Source of the DNA: Octopus vulgaris
Lineage: Eukaryota
NCBI GenBank assembly: GCA_951406725.2
Contig: OX597831.1
Span: 39,122,001 to 39,186,000, forward strand
Reading direction: 5' to 3'
DNA: 64,000 nt
Numbering within the stretch: position 1 is the stretch's first letter; each line of letters begins with the position of its first letter. Below the pieces are notes generated by a model, which worked only from the letters and a program-made list of their open reading frames with translations, was not told the DNA's origin and searched no databases. Of the stretch, positions 39,621 to 53,693 are shown one piece after another. The position numbers were made by a program, and so were the translations under genes.

Positions 39621-40709
39621 AATACTATGGTTGTCTTTGATGCTTTTATGCAAACAAAAAAAAACTTTCTTTACTATCCATTTCTTTCATTTTGTGACTA
39701 AAAACCAAGTAAGACGATAATTATATGTTGAACCACTGACTCTATGGAGTCTACTTCCGACTTGCATTAAACATGTATGCGAAATGATACTAGGAAAAAG
39801 ACATTTATTTATCTCGCAATACTCCGCGAGGCTTTTAAAGAGCAAATGACAATTTCTAAGTCAATTTCAAATAGAGAGACAAAAAAGTAGCAAAATAAAA
39901 CAAAAAAAAAAGTTCTCTTAGCTTTCAAGCTTTGATCTCACTTTGATATGAATCGATTCCAGAAAATTCTCTTCAAAGCCATTTGATAATAGGTTTGTTG
40001 ATTTGCTTCTTTTTTATGTTGAATAGTTGCTAAAAGATCAAGGCTTTAGAAATTTTGGCATCAAAACCTTCTGGTTTGCTTAGATATAGAAAGAAATGTA
40101 GGTTCCTGCTACTAATTTTCAGAACTAGTATAGAATATACAACAAGCCAAAATTACTATGTATACAATAAGTATAACGTCTAAATATACGTTACACTTAT
40201 ATTTTGCTTTTGTTTTGTTTTGTATTTTCTTTATCCTCTTGATGATGATGTCCTCCATTCTTTCCATTTGCATATTTGCATTTAGCATTATCATCAATTA
40301 TCAACCAGCATCCCCACCCATCACAATTTTACCTCTGTTCTGCACAATATCTAGCTCTGAAACAATCATATTTTCCATTATCAGCATCACTACTTCAGCA
40401 CTGTCATTATCATTAGTATAATTAGTCGCAAACTGATTTTACTATTCTTTTTACAAAAGAAAGTCAAAACGCTGGTACTCTATCCGCCATTTTTATTTCA
40501 TAACATAAAGCACACTTCAAGTAATGCATTTCCAATTTACAAAAAATTCAGCCGGAGTCTTGTCAGCGCTTTCACTCAGTAGACTAAACCAATGAAAGGA
40601 GGAAAAAGCCAAGAAAACTGGCTGTTAAAAATCTCACTCAATCACTCACTAACATATATAAAGTATAATGCAATACCGAGAGATTGAGGGAACATCTATT
40701 TTCTTGCTT

Positions 40710-41087
40710 GGAGGTGCAATGGCCCAGGGGTTAGGATGGCGGACTCGTGGTCGTAGAATCACGGTTTTGATTCCCAGACCGGGCATTGTGAGTATTTATT
40801 AAGCAAAAACATATAAAGCCCCATGAGGCTCCGACAAGGGGTGGTGGCGAAGCCTGCTGTACTCTTTCACCACAACTTCTCTTGCTATTTCTTCCTGTTT
40901 CTGTCGAACCTGTATTTCAAAGGGCCAGCTTTGTCTCACTCTGTGTCACGCTGAATTTCCCCGAGAACTACGTTAAGGGTACACGTGTCTGTGGAGTGCT
41001 CACCGACTTGCACATTAATTTCACGACCAGGCTGTTTCGCTGATCGAATCAACTGGAACCCTCGTCGTCGTAACCGACGGAGTGCCA
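40710..41087 (+). mobile_element. tRNA-derived SINE family C, full length
   Basis: GGAGGTGCAATGGCCCAGGGGTTAGG...GGTTTTGATTCCC head; homologous to 42071-42347. Confidence 0.8.
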
Positions 41088-41194
41088 TGATCTTTTTGCT
41101 ACAACCTACATACTACAAATAGCTGCCGAAAATTCCTGAAACTACATTGTACTATATTTAAAGGAGTGTACATTTTAGATGATGATGTCTAGAG

Positions 41195-41432
41195 CAGTGG
41201 TACTACACAAAGTGGTGGTCCGCGGAACACCAGCTGCCGGTACGCCGAGAGTTTCCAGAAAAGAAACATTATAAAATGCTTATACGATACCAAAAAATTG
41301 TCAACTTTTATTATATTCATTACATATATTGTTACCGGTATAAATTAATATTACTAAGAAATTTTTCCGGTTCCTGGCACATTGGAAAAAAAAACTGCAG
41401 GTACGCCACGTCAGATAGTTTGAGAAGCACTG
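41195..41432. mobile_element. hAT/Charlie-type MITE
   Basis: Exact 8-bp TSD GTCTAGAG (41187-41194 and 41433-41440), the NTCTAGAN target typical of Charlie elements. Ends are CAGTGGTACTACACAAA / TTTGAGAAGCACTG. Confidence 0.8.
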
Positions 41433-41479
41433 GTCTAGAGTTCATGAACAAAATTACGGAATATTTATGTTCATAAATA

Positions 41480-41770
41480 AGCGCAGGAGTGGATGTGTGG
41501 TAAGTAGCTTGCTTACCAACCACATGATTCTGGGTTCAGTCCCACTGCGTGGTACCTTGGGAAGATGTCTTCTGTTACAGCCTCGGACCGACCAAAGCCT
41601 TGTGAGTGATAGACGGAAACTGAAAAAAGCCCGTCGTAAATTTGTGTGTGTGTGTCTGTCTGTCTGTCTTTGACCCCACCATCGCTTGACAACCGATGTT
41701 GGAGTGTTTACGTCCCCGTAACTTAGCGGTTCAGTAAAATAGATTGACACAAATAAAAGAATAATGTCTT
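41480..41770 (+). mobile_element. SINE family A, 3'-truncated
   Basis: Head and body match the consensus. Confidence 0.8.
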
Positions 41771-41975
41771 AGGCATAATTCTGCCCGACAAGAGCTGCTG
41801 AGGAGCCAAACAAACCATAGAAATAACACCTAAGGCTCTCTAATTAACATATATAGTTTTTCATATGTTAGCAAGCGTTTATATTTGACGTAAGCTCTTT
41901 GATTACACTGTGCATTGATCAGGTTTCTGACTGGTCATATATGGAAAGGCAGTGGTCAACCACGGAGGTCAACAT

Positions 41976-42049
<74 letters not shown>

Positions 42050-42070
42050 TGTGTGTGTGTATAATAGCGT

Positions 42071-42347
42071 GGAGGCGCAATGACCCAGTGGTTAGGGCAG
42101 CGGACTCGCGGTCGTAGGATCGCGGTTTCGATTCCCAGACCGGGCGTTGTGAGTGTTTATTGAGCGAAAACACCTAAAACTCCACGAGGCTCCGGCAGGA
42201 TTGGTGGTGATCCGCGCTGTACTCTTTCACCACAACTTTCTCTCACTCTTACTTCCTGTTTCTGTTGTACCTGTATTTTCAAAGGGCAGGCCTTGTGACT
42301 CTCTGTGTCACTGCTCAGACACTTACACGTTAATTTCACGAGCAGGC
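42071..42347 (+). mobile_element. SINE family C
   Basis: GGAGGCGCAATGACCCAGTGGTTAGGGCAGCGGACTCGCGGTCGTAGGATCGCGGTTTCGATTCCC tRNA-like head with A and B boxes. Confidence 0.8.
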
Positions 42348-42543
42348 TTACTTAAAGCCTTACCTCACTGCGCTATTCATCACTTATTGATGTATATCAT
42401 TAAAAGTCCCGGATGTCAAAAAGCAGAAATTTATTTAGCAATGTTACCACCATTGCTGAATGAGTTTACCTGCTACTGTTATAGTCCTGTGTTATTTTAA
42501 CACCACATGTCTGTTTGACGCTCTAATGATTGTCGGTCCGTGA

Positions 42544-42600
<57 letters not shown>

Positions 42601-42630
42601 CACACACATAAGTATGTGTGTATGTATAAG

Positions 42631-42662
<32 letters not shown>

Positions 42663-42671
42663 TATATATAT

Positions 42672-43092
42672 AGGCGTAGGAGTGGTTGTGTGGTATGTAG
42701 CTTGCTTATCAGCCACATGGTTCCGGGTTCAGTCCCACTACGTGGCACCTTGGGCAAGTGTCTTCTACTATAGTCTCGGGCTGACCAAAGCCTTGTGAGT
42801 GGATTTGGTAGACGGAAACTGAAAGAAGCCCGTCGTATATATCTATAAATGTGTGTATATATTTGTGTGTCTGTGTTTGTCCCTCCAACATCGCTTGACA
42901 ACCGATGCTGGTTCCCCCCCAACATCACTTCACAACCGATGCTGGAGAATTTACGTCCCCGTAACTTAGAGACCGATAGAATAAGTACTAGGCTTACAAA
43001 GAATATGTCCTGGGGTCGATTTGCTCGACTAAAAGGCGGTGCTCCAGCATGGCCACAGTCAAATGACTGAAACAAGTAAAAGAGTAAAAGAG
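42672..43092 (+). mobile_element. SINE family A, full length
   Basis: Head to tail, with a ~32-bp internal duplication at ~42881-42945. Confidence 0.85.
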
Positions 43093-43162
43093 ATATATAA
43101 AATTAACAGAATGAGATAAAAAAACACAAGAGTGAGAAAGATTTCAGAACATTTATACAGAG

Positions 43163-43210
43163 GTCTTACAGCTGCTTCCGGGATATTCTATATATCCCTT
43201 CTTCAGAGAT
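43163..43210 (-). ncRNA. Hammerhead, mutated mirror copy
   Basis: AUCU-CUGAAGA-a-GGGAUAU...AUAUCCC-g-GAAg-CAGCUG-UA-AGAC; A15.1 is changed to G. Confidence 0.55.
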
Positions 43211-43494
43211 GGTGCGAGAAAATGATTAAGCAATAGTTATTATAGAGATGATATAAAATTACACTCTGTATTTTATATCATCTCTATAATAACTATTGCT
43301 TAACCATTATCTCGCACCGTCTCTGATTAAAGGATATATAAAATATCCCGGAAATGTATTTCATATCATTTCTACAATAACTATTGCTTAACCATTTTCT
43401 CGCACCGTCTCTGATGAAAGGATATATAAAATATCCCGGAAATGTATTTTATATCATCTCTATAATAACTATTGCTTAACCATTTTCTCGCACC

Positions 43495-43542
43495 GTCTCT
43501 GATGAAGGGATATATAAAATATCCCCGAAACAGCTGTAAGAC
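43495..43542 (+). ncRNA. Type I hammerhead ribozyme (minimal)
   Basis: GUCU-CUGAUGA-a-GGGAUAU-auaaa-AUAUCCC-c-GAAA-CAGCUG-UA-AGAC. Palindromic helix III, GUA triplet. Confidence 0.8.
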
Positions 43543-43775
43543 CTCTTTATAAATGTTCTGAAATCTTTCTCACTCTTGTGTTTTTTATCTCATTCTGATA
43601 ATTTTTTATATATTTACGCATGCTAATATAAAACCTACGTTGGACTCCTCATTCGCATAATCCCCGAGCCAGGAGCTTAAATATATTCTGTCCATAGCAC
43701 TTACTCAGCATTATCTGACACCTTTTGGTCTTCCTAACACCATTACCTCTCATAAACTATATATATATATATATA

Positions 43776-44004
43776 TTTCTTTACTACCCACAAGGGGTTA
43801 AACACAGAGGGGACAAACAAGGACAGACAAAGGGATTAAGTCGACTACATCGACCCCAGTGCGTAACTGGTACTTAATTTATCGACCCCGAAAGGATGAA
43901 AGGCAAAGTCGACCTCGGCGGAATTTGAACTCGGAACGTAACGACAGACGAAATAAGGCTACGAATTTCGCCCGGCGTGCTAACGTTTCTACCAGCTCGC
44001 CGCC
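43776..44004 (-). mobile_element. SINE family B, full length
   Basis: Reverse complement of the 24849-25076 type. Confidence 0.85.
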
Positions 44005-44032
44005 TTTTATATATATGTGTGTGTGTATGTAC

Positions 44033-44074
<42 letters not shown>

Positions 44075-44536
44075 GTGTGTGTGTGTGTATGTATGTGTGT
44101 GTGTGTGTGTGTATACATGTATATATATATAAATATATTCATTTAAACAGTTAAAGCAATGCTATCTATGTACAATGCTTGGGTATATGCCTGGATGCAC
44201 GTGCATTTGCATGTATATGGGAGTGCGTGAGTGTTTTTCTATGAAGCTCGCGGGATGCATTTGTATGAGTTCATCATTTCGCAGTCAATTCGTTTAACTA
44301 CCTGACAATTCAAGGCTATGTCCGACGTATCTTAACTATCGACCTCCAATCACTGTCATCTCAATTTATGTCTCCGATCCTGATATCGATCAACGTACAA
44401 GTGCAGCGACATTTAAACATTCCTGAGAGTGTGTAAGGTGTGTGAGTATATATATGTATATATATATATATATATAAGTATATGTATATATATATATGTA
44501 TATATATGTATATATATGTATATATACATATGTATG

Positions 44537-44591
<55 letters not shown>

Positions 44592-44691
44592 GCACATATC
44601 CATAAAAATTTTCATACGTATATGTACATATGTATACGTGTATATATATATATATACATGAATGTGTGTGTATATGTATGCATATATATGC

Positions 44692-44740
<49 letters not shown>

Positions 44741-44859
44741 TATACACACACATATATATAGTATACATATATAAATATATCAATGCATATATATATGTGT
44801 ATATACATATGTATATATATGTATATATATATATATATATATGTATGTATATATATATG

Positions 44860-44939
<80 letters not shown>

Positions 44940-45078
44940 CTATGAAGCTCGCACAATTCGGTCCCAAGAAAATTTGTACGTACTTATTAAGAGAATTTAT
45001 GGTGTTGAACTACGAAAACTCTCACTTTCTCCTAATTCACTCTTATTCTCTTCCACTCTCTCACTATATCTATATCTA

Positions 45079-45131
<53 letters not shown>

Positions 45132-45288
45132 ACATGTATATAAATATATGTGTAAATATATACATGCATACAAACGCATGTGTGTGTATCTGTGTGTGTG
45201 TCTGCATGTTCGAAGTTAAGCAGGTAATCAGGTACCACTATATAAGTAAAGCCATATATGTTTACACATACACTTGTACTCATACGAC

Positions 45289-45338
<50 letters not shown>

Positions 45339-46196
45339 CATACATATAATGACATAGATACTAACATATAGTTATCTATACGTATACTTCTTTATCTATA
45401 TACATACGAGTATGTGTGTTTATGTGTGCGTGTGTGTGTATGTGTTTATTTATATGCTTATGAATACATGCATATAATTGCGCACGCATACACTTCTATG
45501 TGAATGAATGCATTTAAGCATAATTTTCTAAAATTATGATGGATGTTACACTATTATTAGAAGCCAATTGTATCAAAGTAAAGCATAATGGAATAGTTAT
45601 TATACATATTATGAGAATATGCACCAAAGACGCAAATTATAAAGCTGCTTTCACTTGCAAAGGAAAATTCACCATTTTAAACTATATTGAGTATCTGATA
45701 ATGTGGAACATTTATGGCTTTGAGAAGAAAATCCGAGATAATCTGTTTCATTTAACCTTTGTAGGATTTTGGTAAGTAATTATGGCTCTTCTGCTACAAA
45801 CATAGATCTAAATAATCCGTTGATGCTAAAAGAAAATGATAGTGTAGGAGAACCACAAAGAAGGCAGGTATACATTAGGACGATTGGTGGCTGGTTGCAT
45901 GCAAGGAAAGAAGGTATATAACTACGATGGTTTGTACAGGAGTATGAAAAATAATTAAGTGATGAAAGTTCTCTGAATGGGTAGAGGGAGAATAAAATGT
46001 AGAAGGAAAGTAAGAATGAAAAAGGGAAAGAAAGACGTGAAGAAATATAGGTACATACATACATACATACATACATACATACATACATACATACATACAC
46101 GCATACTTACATATCGTGAGTGAACTGCTTTGTAGGAATATGGAAATAAATACTTTACTAAAGAAACAAGCTATGTAGATGTAAATGTTACAGATA

Positions 46197-46249
<53 letters not shown>

Positions 46250-46302
46250 CAGACGATAGATAGATAGACAGACAGTCAAACAGACAGGACAGACAGATAG
46301 AT

Positions 46303-46374
<72 letters not shown>

Positions 46375-46777
46375 TGATAGATAGATAGATAGATAGATTG
46401 ATAGATAGATTGATAGATAGATATTTCCGATACGTATATTTACATTCAAGATCGTTACTAGGTGTGTGCACACATACTAACTCATGCACATAAATATAGA
46501 CACATATTCATTTATGCAGAAACATTGATAAATACACCAATTGCTGCATATTTCATGAAACTGGGTTTAACAATTCTATGTCTATGCATTCATACCAATC
46601 ATAAATTTCGTGTGTGTTTGTGTGCGTGCACGCATGTGTATGTATGTGTGTGTGCATGTATGTATGTATTTATGTATGCATGCATGTATGTAAGTATGTA
46701 TGTATTTATGTAGGCGTGCATGTATGTATGCATGTATGTATGTGTACAAGCGCGTATGTAAGTGTGTATGTATGTTA

Positions 46778-47345
46778 TTATTCAGTTTTACTTCAAGATT
46801 TGCCAATAGAGGGAGACGGTTTCTAACCTAGATCTAGGCTCCTTCACTGAAATTCTATCATCAGGGTAGTTTTGTATGTATGTATGTATGTATGTATGTA
46901 TGTATGTATGTATGTATGTATGTATGTATGTATGAATGTATGTATGTACGTATACGTACAGATTCGTATGTTTTGTTTGTGTATGTATTCTTATGCATAT
47001 AGTTACATATCTAGACATGCTCATATATATTTAAATAATAAATTTCTGGGAAGTTTTACAGATTTTTACAGTTCCAGTGATGGATTGAATCTGTAGACCT
47101 CGAATTAGCTTTCTCTTTTCGGTTTTCGAGAAATCTAGGTTTTCAAGATAGTTATTTAGACAGTATGTTATATATCCCAGTGCACCAATAATTACAGGTA
47201 TATATCTGAACTTTTAGTCTGGATATTGTAACTGCAGATTTCTCAATAGTTCAGCGTACGTATTCTCTTTTTTCACATTTTTCATCTTTAAGTTAACACC
47301 TGCTGGGCAGCTAATTTCCACAACATTACACAGTTTCTCTTCTCA
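46778..47345 (-). mobile_element. 3' end of (TACA)n-associated RLE retrotransposon
   Basis: Minus strand: EEKLCNVVEISCPAGVNLKMKNVKKENTYAELLRNLQLQYPD*KFRYIPVIIGALGYI...QSITGTVKICKTSQKFII*. Homologous to 15081-15570. (TATG)n on both flanks and inside the 3' UTR. Confidence 0.85.
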
Positions 47346-48927
47346 ATGCTAAATCATATCAGATCTTACATTTGTATGTATGTATGTATGTATGTATGTA
47401 TGTATGTATGTATGTATGTATGTATGTATGTATGTATGTATGTATGTATGAATGTATGTATGTATGCATGTATGTATGCATGTATGTATGTATATGATGG
47501 CCCTTTCTGCACTCCATATTTCGATCTGTGAAAGTTCAATTGGTCAATCACATTGAGAACCAACTCAATAAAATATTGCACGAAATGGCTGCCTATTGAA
47601 TATTATAGCAACACGTGTATCCACAACATATTTGGCAAAAGCCATGTTGCATACTGAGACAATGTTTGCACCTTGTGTTATAGCATGAGTCGTAATTCAA
47701 ACTATGCCGCTTATCATGCCCCACCTACGGACTGATAAGTCTTTCTAAAATATATGAAGAAACGAAATAACAGCACATTCTACTGAAGCAACTTTTGAAG
47801 TGCTCGTTATTTTATACGCAGTAACAACCCTGCAATTTATGCACAATGGAAAAGTGACCCACTATTTTTTCCAAACGTACTGTACTTTTTTTGTTAATAG
47901 AAGCCCTTGGAAAGTTTATCCACTATGTCGCCAGTAGGTTACTAAATAATGTAACTTGCTTAAATTCTTACGTTAATACAATTAACCTATCATTAGTGAT
48001 TTTACAATAGTTCACATGTAGACTCTCATTATACCCAGGTCTTTCTTTTTAAACAGTACCCATTTAATCATAACAGCAGTCAGTGCTGTATGGCAGAAAC
48101 TTTTGGCACGGAACTGACCTCTAAAATCTTATTTTTGCAGCATCTATTTGCAGCCACTTTTTGATTATGTGTAAATCTTAATCCGTTTAGTATTAATTAT
48201 CGTCCTCTTTAATTATTTATCATAATCACCTCACCCTGTCTGTATCCACTTCCTTGTTAACTTTTCTCTATACGCTGCATGTTATTCCAAATTCAATATT
48301 GTTTATTCTATTTTCTCCCATTGCATATCTTCACTGAATAAGATCTATAATTAATTTTCAAGTTTCTACCTTAGATTATATTAAATTAATTAGATCCTTT
48401 CATAAGACTTTAATATCTCCTTTCCAAAATTTCTATGCACGTCTTCTTTAACATCTTCATATAACCACTTTTTAAACCTTAACCATTTAACATTCCATTT
48501 TTGCTTCCTTACTTCATTTAATTTTCCTAAAAAATCTAAACCCCTAAATCGCCTAATTATATTCTATTTACTTCCAAGAAATTTCTTTACTAATTTTGTA
48601 TATCGTTCTACATTTTATTGTTTAATGATTTAATAATTTATTTATTCATTTAATCAAGTGGAGTTAATAACCTATTTTTATTTGCTGGATGTTTCTATAT
48701 TTACTCCATTAATTCCACACAAATTTTGCTAGTACTTTATTTAATATCCATTCTTCTTCCTTAATTTTCTTGATATTCCTCTTGGTCTGCAGTCTTTCGT
48801 TTCTTCATTACCTTAACCTGAATTAACTAATAGCATTATATATTATTACTTTTCTCTACAACTTCTCCTGCCCTCAAATTATGCTCATAATTTGTTCATA
48901 TCTGTATTTACCGTGTATTATACATTG

Positions 48928-49237
48928 TTGTTGTTGATTGCTCCTTTCCAAGCCAGGCCTGGCTCATAAGGGCCGGTTTCCCGGTTTCATTGGCGTATAG
49001 GTTCCCCACCTGGACAGGACGCCGATCCGTCACAGGTGAGCTGCTAGGTGCAAGAAGAAAGAGTGAGAGAAAGCTGTGTCAAATGAGTCAGCAGACGTTC
49101 ACCATTACCTTCTGCCGGAGCCGCGTGGAGCTTAGATGTTTCGCTCACAAACACATACATCGCCCGGTCTGAGATTCGAAACCGTGATCCCCCGACTGCC
49201 ATTCTGTTGCTCTAACCACTAGGCTATGTGCCTCCAC
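48928..49237 (-). mobile_element. SINE related to family C, with (CAA)n tail and 14-bp TSD
   Basis: Head GGAGGCACATAGCCTAGTGGTTAGAGC...GGTTTCGAATCTC. Flanking direct repeat TGTATT(A/C)TACATTG at 48914-48927 and 49238-49251. A diverged relative lies at ~49350-49592. Confidence 0.75.
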
Positions 49238-49791
49238 TGTATTCTACATTGATAATTAAATATGCTAAATAGGTTATATATTGCATTACAATATTCATTT
49301 CCCTCATAATACTAAATACGTTTACGCCTTACCCTTTCGTAGAATAAACGGCTAGTCCACATCACTCCGCTAGGAGCCTAGGGCTACGTTCCTGGTTTCT
49401 CTGGCGTGTATATTCTTTCTTGGACGGGACGTAGATCCGGAGCAGGATTACTAAGTTTTAGCAGCTGAGAGAACGGGAGTTGCGTGAAATAAAGCATTTT
49501 AATCAAAGGAGTACAACACACCGTCCGGTTCGAAACAGCAATTTGAATATCACGAATCCGATACCCCAATCATTAAGCCAGGCGCCTCCACTCGCAGAAT
49601 AAATGAATAAGGTACTTTTAGTCTATGTATATATTTATTTATATGAATAATTTTAAAAATCTAAATAAATTGGCATTTTAAAAGGATTTTCAATGATTTT
49701 GATATCCCTTCATATAAATTTTATGCCTTTCTGTAAAAATTCATTTCTGTAAAATTTATTCACATTTATTATTTCGCCGAGGTCAACATTA

Positions 49792-51072
49792 CGAGGGGCG
49801 TTCAATAAGTAATGCCCCTGACCCACTTCCCATAGCAGTAGAGCAACGAAACTTGGCACAGTTATTAGTCTTTTTCTACATAGGAGCCACCCTGAGTTAC
49901 GCATTTCTCCCATCGTTTGATGCAGCTCTGAAGACCGTTTTTGTAGAAGACCCCAGCTTGGTCCTCCAACCACGACGTGACTTCAGAAATCAAGGCTGCA
50001 TCATCTGGGAAGCGCTTTCCTTTCAAAAACAACTTCATGGTTGGGAAGAGGTGAAAATCAGAGGGTGCAGGTCAGGAGATGGGGGATGAGTTCATAGCCG
50101 CACGCCTGTGCTTCTGATCTGGCAACACGCGAGTTGTGGATCGGAGCGTTGTCCTGCAGGAGGAGGATGCCTTTGCTGATCTTGCCCCGCCTCTTGATTT
50201 TGATAGCTTCTCTTAATTTCCTCAAAAGTGAAGCATGATAGGCTCCTGTAATTGTGGCACCCTTTTCCAGGAAATCTGTCATCACTACTCCGTCCTGGTC
50301 CCAGAAGACTGTGAGCATGACCTTGCCAGCGGAGGGCTGCACCCTTGCCTTCTTTGGAGGAGGTGAGTCACGGTGCTTCCACTGCATTGACTGGGCTTTG
50401 GTCTCTGGATCATAGTGATGGACCCAGGTTTCATCCTGTGTAATAAGTCTTTTGAAAAATTTTGACTCATCTTCTTGGCACATCTTCAAATTCATCCTCG
50501 CACTATCGATGCGTTCTTGCTTCTGGAAAGGTGTGAGCAGCCTGAGAATCCATCTGGCAGACACCTTTTGCATATGCAAATGGTCATGAATGATAGTTTC
50601 CACAGACCCGGTACTAATCTTGACCTCATGGGCTATTTGGCGAATAGTTATGCGTCGACCTTCCAAAATGGCAGCCTCAACTTGACGGACAGATGCCTCA
50701 TCAATGACAGAAGGGGGCGACCAGATCTGGGAGCTGTTTCCACAAAGTTCCGACCATGTTTGAATTCACGATGCCAGTGTTTTACAAGGTCATATGATGG
50801 GGCATCATCACCATAAGTTACTTTTATTTCATCAAAAGTCTCCCCTAGTGTGCGTCCTTTGAAATAAAAAAACCGCATCACTGCTCGACACTCAACAGGC
50901 TCCGTTTCACACTTGATTCAGTTCAAACACCTGTAAATCAGAAACCACAATTAGTTCAGGGCTGTAATTTGCTACTTACTCTATAGAGATATAGGTAATT
51001 GCAAATGCAAAATTTCAGCTAGATCAAACAACTGCAAGTGGGTCAGAGGCATTACTTATTGAACGCCCCTCG
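49792..51072 (-). mobile_element. Full-length mariner transposon (1281 bp)
   Basis: ~37-bp TIRs CGAGGGGCGTTCAATAAGTAATGCC(C/T)CTGACCCACTT with TA on both sides. Inserted within a SINE B remnant (GCCGAGGTCAACAT|TA|TCTTTCATTCTTT). Confidence 0.95.
49865..50905 (-). pseudogene. mariner transposase, frameshifted
   Basis: HTH region (YDLVKHWHREFKHGR...PRSGRP), ARWILRLLT (WVPxxL-like), TQDETW, LQDNAP, broken YSPDL region, ending WEKCVTQGGSYVEKD*. The start codon appears as ACG; at least two frameshifts. Confidence 0.92.
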
Positions 51073-51533
51073 TATCTTTCATTCTTTTGCGTCCGAAAGT
51101 AACGTACCCGTCAAAAGTAAGGTACCGGTCAAGCACCGAGTTCGATATAACAGTTTAATCTCTTTTTTGCAATTACTCGCCTTTTGCCAAAATTTGAAAC
51201 AAAAATAAAAGAGACGATGACCAATGGCTAGAAAAATATTGGGCGAAACCTAGTTACTAGCTGATCTTACCAGCAGGACTTGTGCGCAAGTGAGGTGGGA
51301 CTTGCGCACAATAATGCTGGTCAGAAGAAGGTATTCTAACGATACGTATTCTAACCTTATGCATTTCGTCTGTCTCATCAATCTGATTTGAAATTTTGTC
51401 GAGGTCAACTTACCCTTTTCCAGATCAATAAAGCAAGTACCAGCAGAGCACTGGAGTCGAAGAAATCGACTGAAGCCTTTACACAGAATTGCTGGCCTTG
51501 TGACAAAATTCAAAACCATTATTATTATTATTA

Positions 51534-51575
<42 letters not shown>

Positions 51576-51677
51576 GTATTAGTATTATTATTATTAGTAT
51601 TATTATTAGTAGTATTATTATTATTAATAATATTATTATTATTATTATTATTAATATTATTATTATTATTATTATTA

Positions 51678-51754
<77 letters not shown>

Positions 51755-51775
51755 ATTATTATTATTTCATTATTG

Positions 51776-52526
51776 TGCAGTAGTGACTGTGTGCTAAGTA
51801 GCTTGCTTACGAACCACATGGTTCCGGGTTCATTCCCACTGCGTGGCACCTTGGACAAGTACCTTCTATATATAGCCTCGAGCAGACCAAAGCCTTGTGA
51901 GTGGATTTGGTAGACGGAAACAGAAAGAAGTCCGTCGTATATATGTATATATATGTATGAGTGTGTATATGTTTGTGTGTCTGTGTTTGTCCCCCCGACA
52001 TCGCTTGACAGCCGATGCTGGTGTGTTAATGTCCCCGTAACTTAGCGATTCGGTAAAAAGAGACCGATATAATAAGTACTAGGCTTCCAAAGAATAAGTC
52101 CTGGGGTCGATTTGCTCGACTAAAGGCCACAGCCAAATGACTGAAACAAGTAAAAGAGTACTTATTATTATTATTATTATTTTTTTACAGTAGCGAGCAG
52201 GCAGAACCGTTAGCACGCTGGACGAAATGCTTATCCGTATTTCGCCCGTCGCTACGTTCTGAGTTCAAATTCGGCCGAGGCCGACTTTGCCTTTCATCCT
52301 TTCGGGGTCGATAAATTAAGTACCAGTGAAACAGTGTTGTCAATGTAATCGACTATCCCTCTCCCCCATATTTCAGCCGATGCTGGTGTGTTGATGTCCC
52401 CGTAACTTAGCGATTCGGTAAAAAGAGACCGATATAATAAGTACTAGGCTTCCAAAGAATAAGTCCTGGGGTCGATTTGCTCTTCTAAAGGCCACAGCCA
52501 AATGACTGAAACAAGTAAAAGAGTAC

Positions 52527-52597
<71 letters not shown>

Positions 52598-52815
52598 TTG
52601 TTTTATTACGGTGGCGAGCAGGCAGAACCGTTAGCACGCTGGACGAAATGCTTATCCGTATTTCGCCCGTCGCTACGTTCTGAGTTCAAATTCGGCCGAG
52701 GCCGACTTTGCCTTTCATCCTTTCGGGGTCGATAAATTAAGTACCAGTGAAACAGTGTTGTCAATGTAATCGACTATCCCTCTCCCCCATATTTCAGGCC
52801 TCGTGCCCATAATAA
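51776..52815 (+). mobile_element. SINE A followed by SINE B, with the A-tail/(TTA)n/B block tandemly duplicated
   Basis: 52009-52373 is repeated at 52374-52797, sharing private variants (GCGATTCGGTAAAAAG, AATTCGGCCGAGGCCG). Junction microhomology CAG. Confidence 0.85.
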
Positions 52816-53168
52816 AAAGATTTTGTTATTATTGTTATTCTTTATTTTTATGAAAAATTGTTTTCCTCTCTTTTACGTTATTCGTTAACAAAATTTCTTT
52901 TAAGCCTTCTGTTTATCTACAAAGTTACTTATTTCCAAAGTCTTGTCGCTTCTTGCTTCACCTCACACTTTCCCCCTCTTTTCACCTGTCTAGCTTCTAT
53001 TCACAAATTTTAATATAGTTTCCAATTTTAGAAAGTTCTTTCATTCCTCCAATTCTCACACCTTTCCATTTCAAAGACGTTCTGTTTGTTTTCATGTTTT
53101 TAATATTTCTCTTCTGTTCTTACCTTTACACATTTCAACTTCGCTCGTATTACCTTCAAATTTTTTTT

Positions 53169-53193
53169 CTTCTTCTTCTTCTTCTTCTTCTTC

Positions 53194-53253
<60 letters not shown>

Positions 53254-53321
53254 TTCTTCTTCATCTTCTTCTTCTTCTTCTTCTTCTTTTTCTTCTACTA
53301 CTACTACTGCTACTGCTACTA

Positions 53322-53366
<45 letters not shown>

Positions 53367-53597
53367 CAACTACTTTTCCTCTTCTCTTCTCCGACTCTTA
53401 CTACTACTACTACGTTTCTTATCCTGCTCCTGCTCCTCCTCCTCCTACTACTACTACTACTTCTGCTACTACAACAACTTTTCTTCTTATCTTCGTCTTC
53501 TCCCCCTCCTCCTACCCCTACTACTACTACTACAATTACTACTACTACTACTAATGATAATAATAATAATAACAACAATAACAACAACAACAACAAC

Positions 53598-53662
<65 letters not shown>

Positions 53663-53693
53663 TTATAATAATAATAACAATAATAATAATAAT
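53169..53693. repeat. Compound trinucleotide microsatellite (TTC/TTA/CTA/CTG/AAC/AAT)
   Basis: Direct reading. Confidence 0.95.

Larger units (their letters stand above)
43093..43757. repeat. Foldback element with internal 88-bp triplication and hammerheads
   Basis: Left arm 43093-43263 is the reverse complement of 43443-43613. 88-bp units start at 43267, 43355 and 43443. The right copy continues to (TA)n at ~43757. Confidence 0.9.

Noticed and set aside
41790-41898. AGAGCT-G-CTGAGGA ... ACGT-A-AGCTCT hammerhead-like arrangement
   Set aside because: No GAAA in the required position. At best a heavily decayed remnant.
42071-42145. Possible tRNA gene (also at 40710 and the SINE A/B heads)
   Set aside because: A and B boxes are present but there is no closed acceptor stem, and each continues into a repeated SINE body.
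45751-45777. Possible 7-nt microexon (TTTGTAG|GATTTTG|GTAAGT)
   Set aside because: Good donor, but a very short pyrimidine tract, no partner exons identifiable, and such motifs arise by chance. RNA-seq would be needed.
48000-48900. Strand-skewed AT-rich region, possibly a decayed LINE ORF2 on the minus strand
   Set aside because: No recognisable motif in any frame I read; would need TBLASTX.
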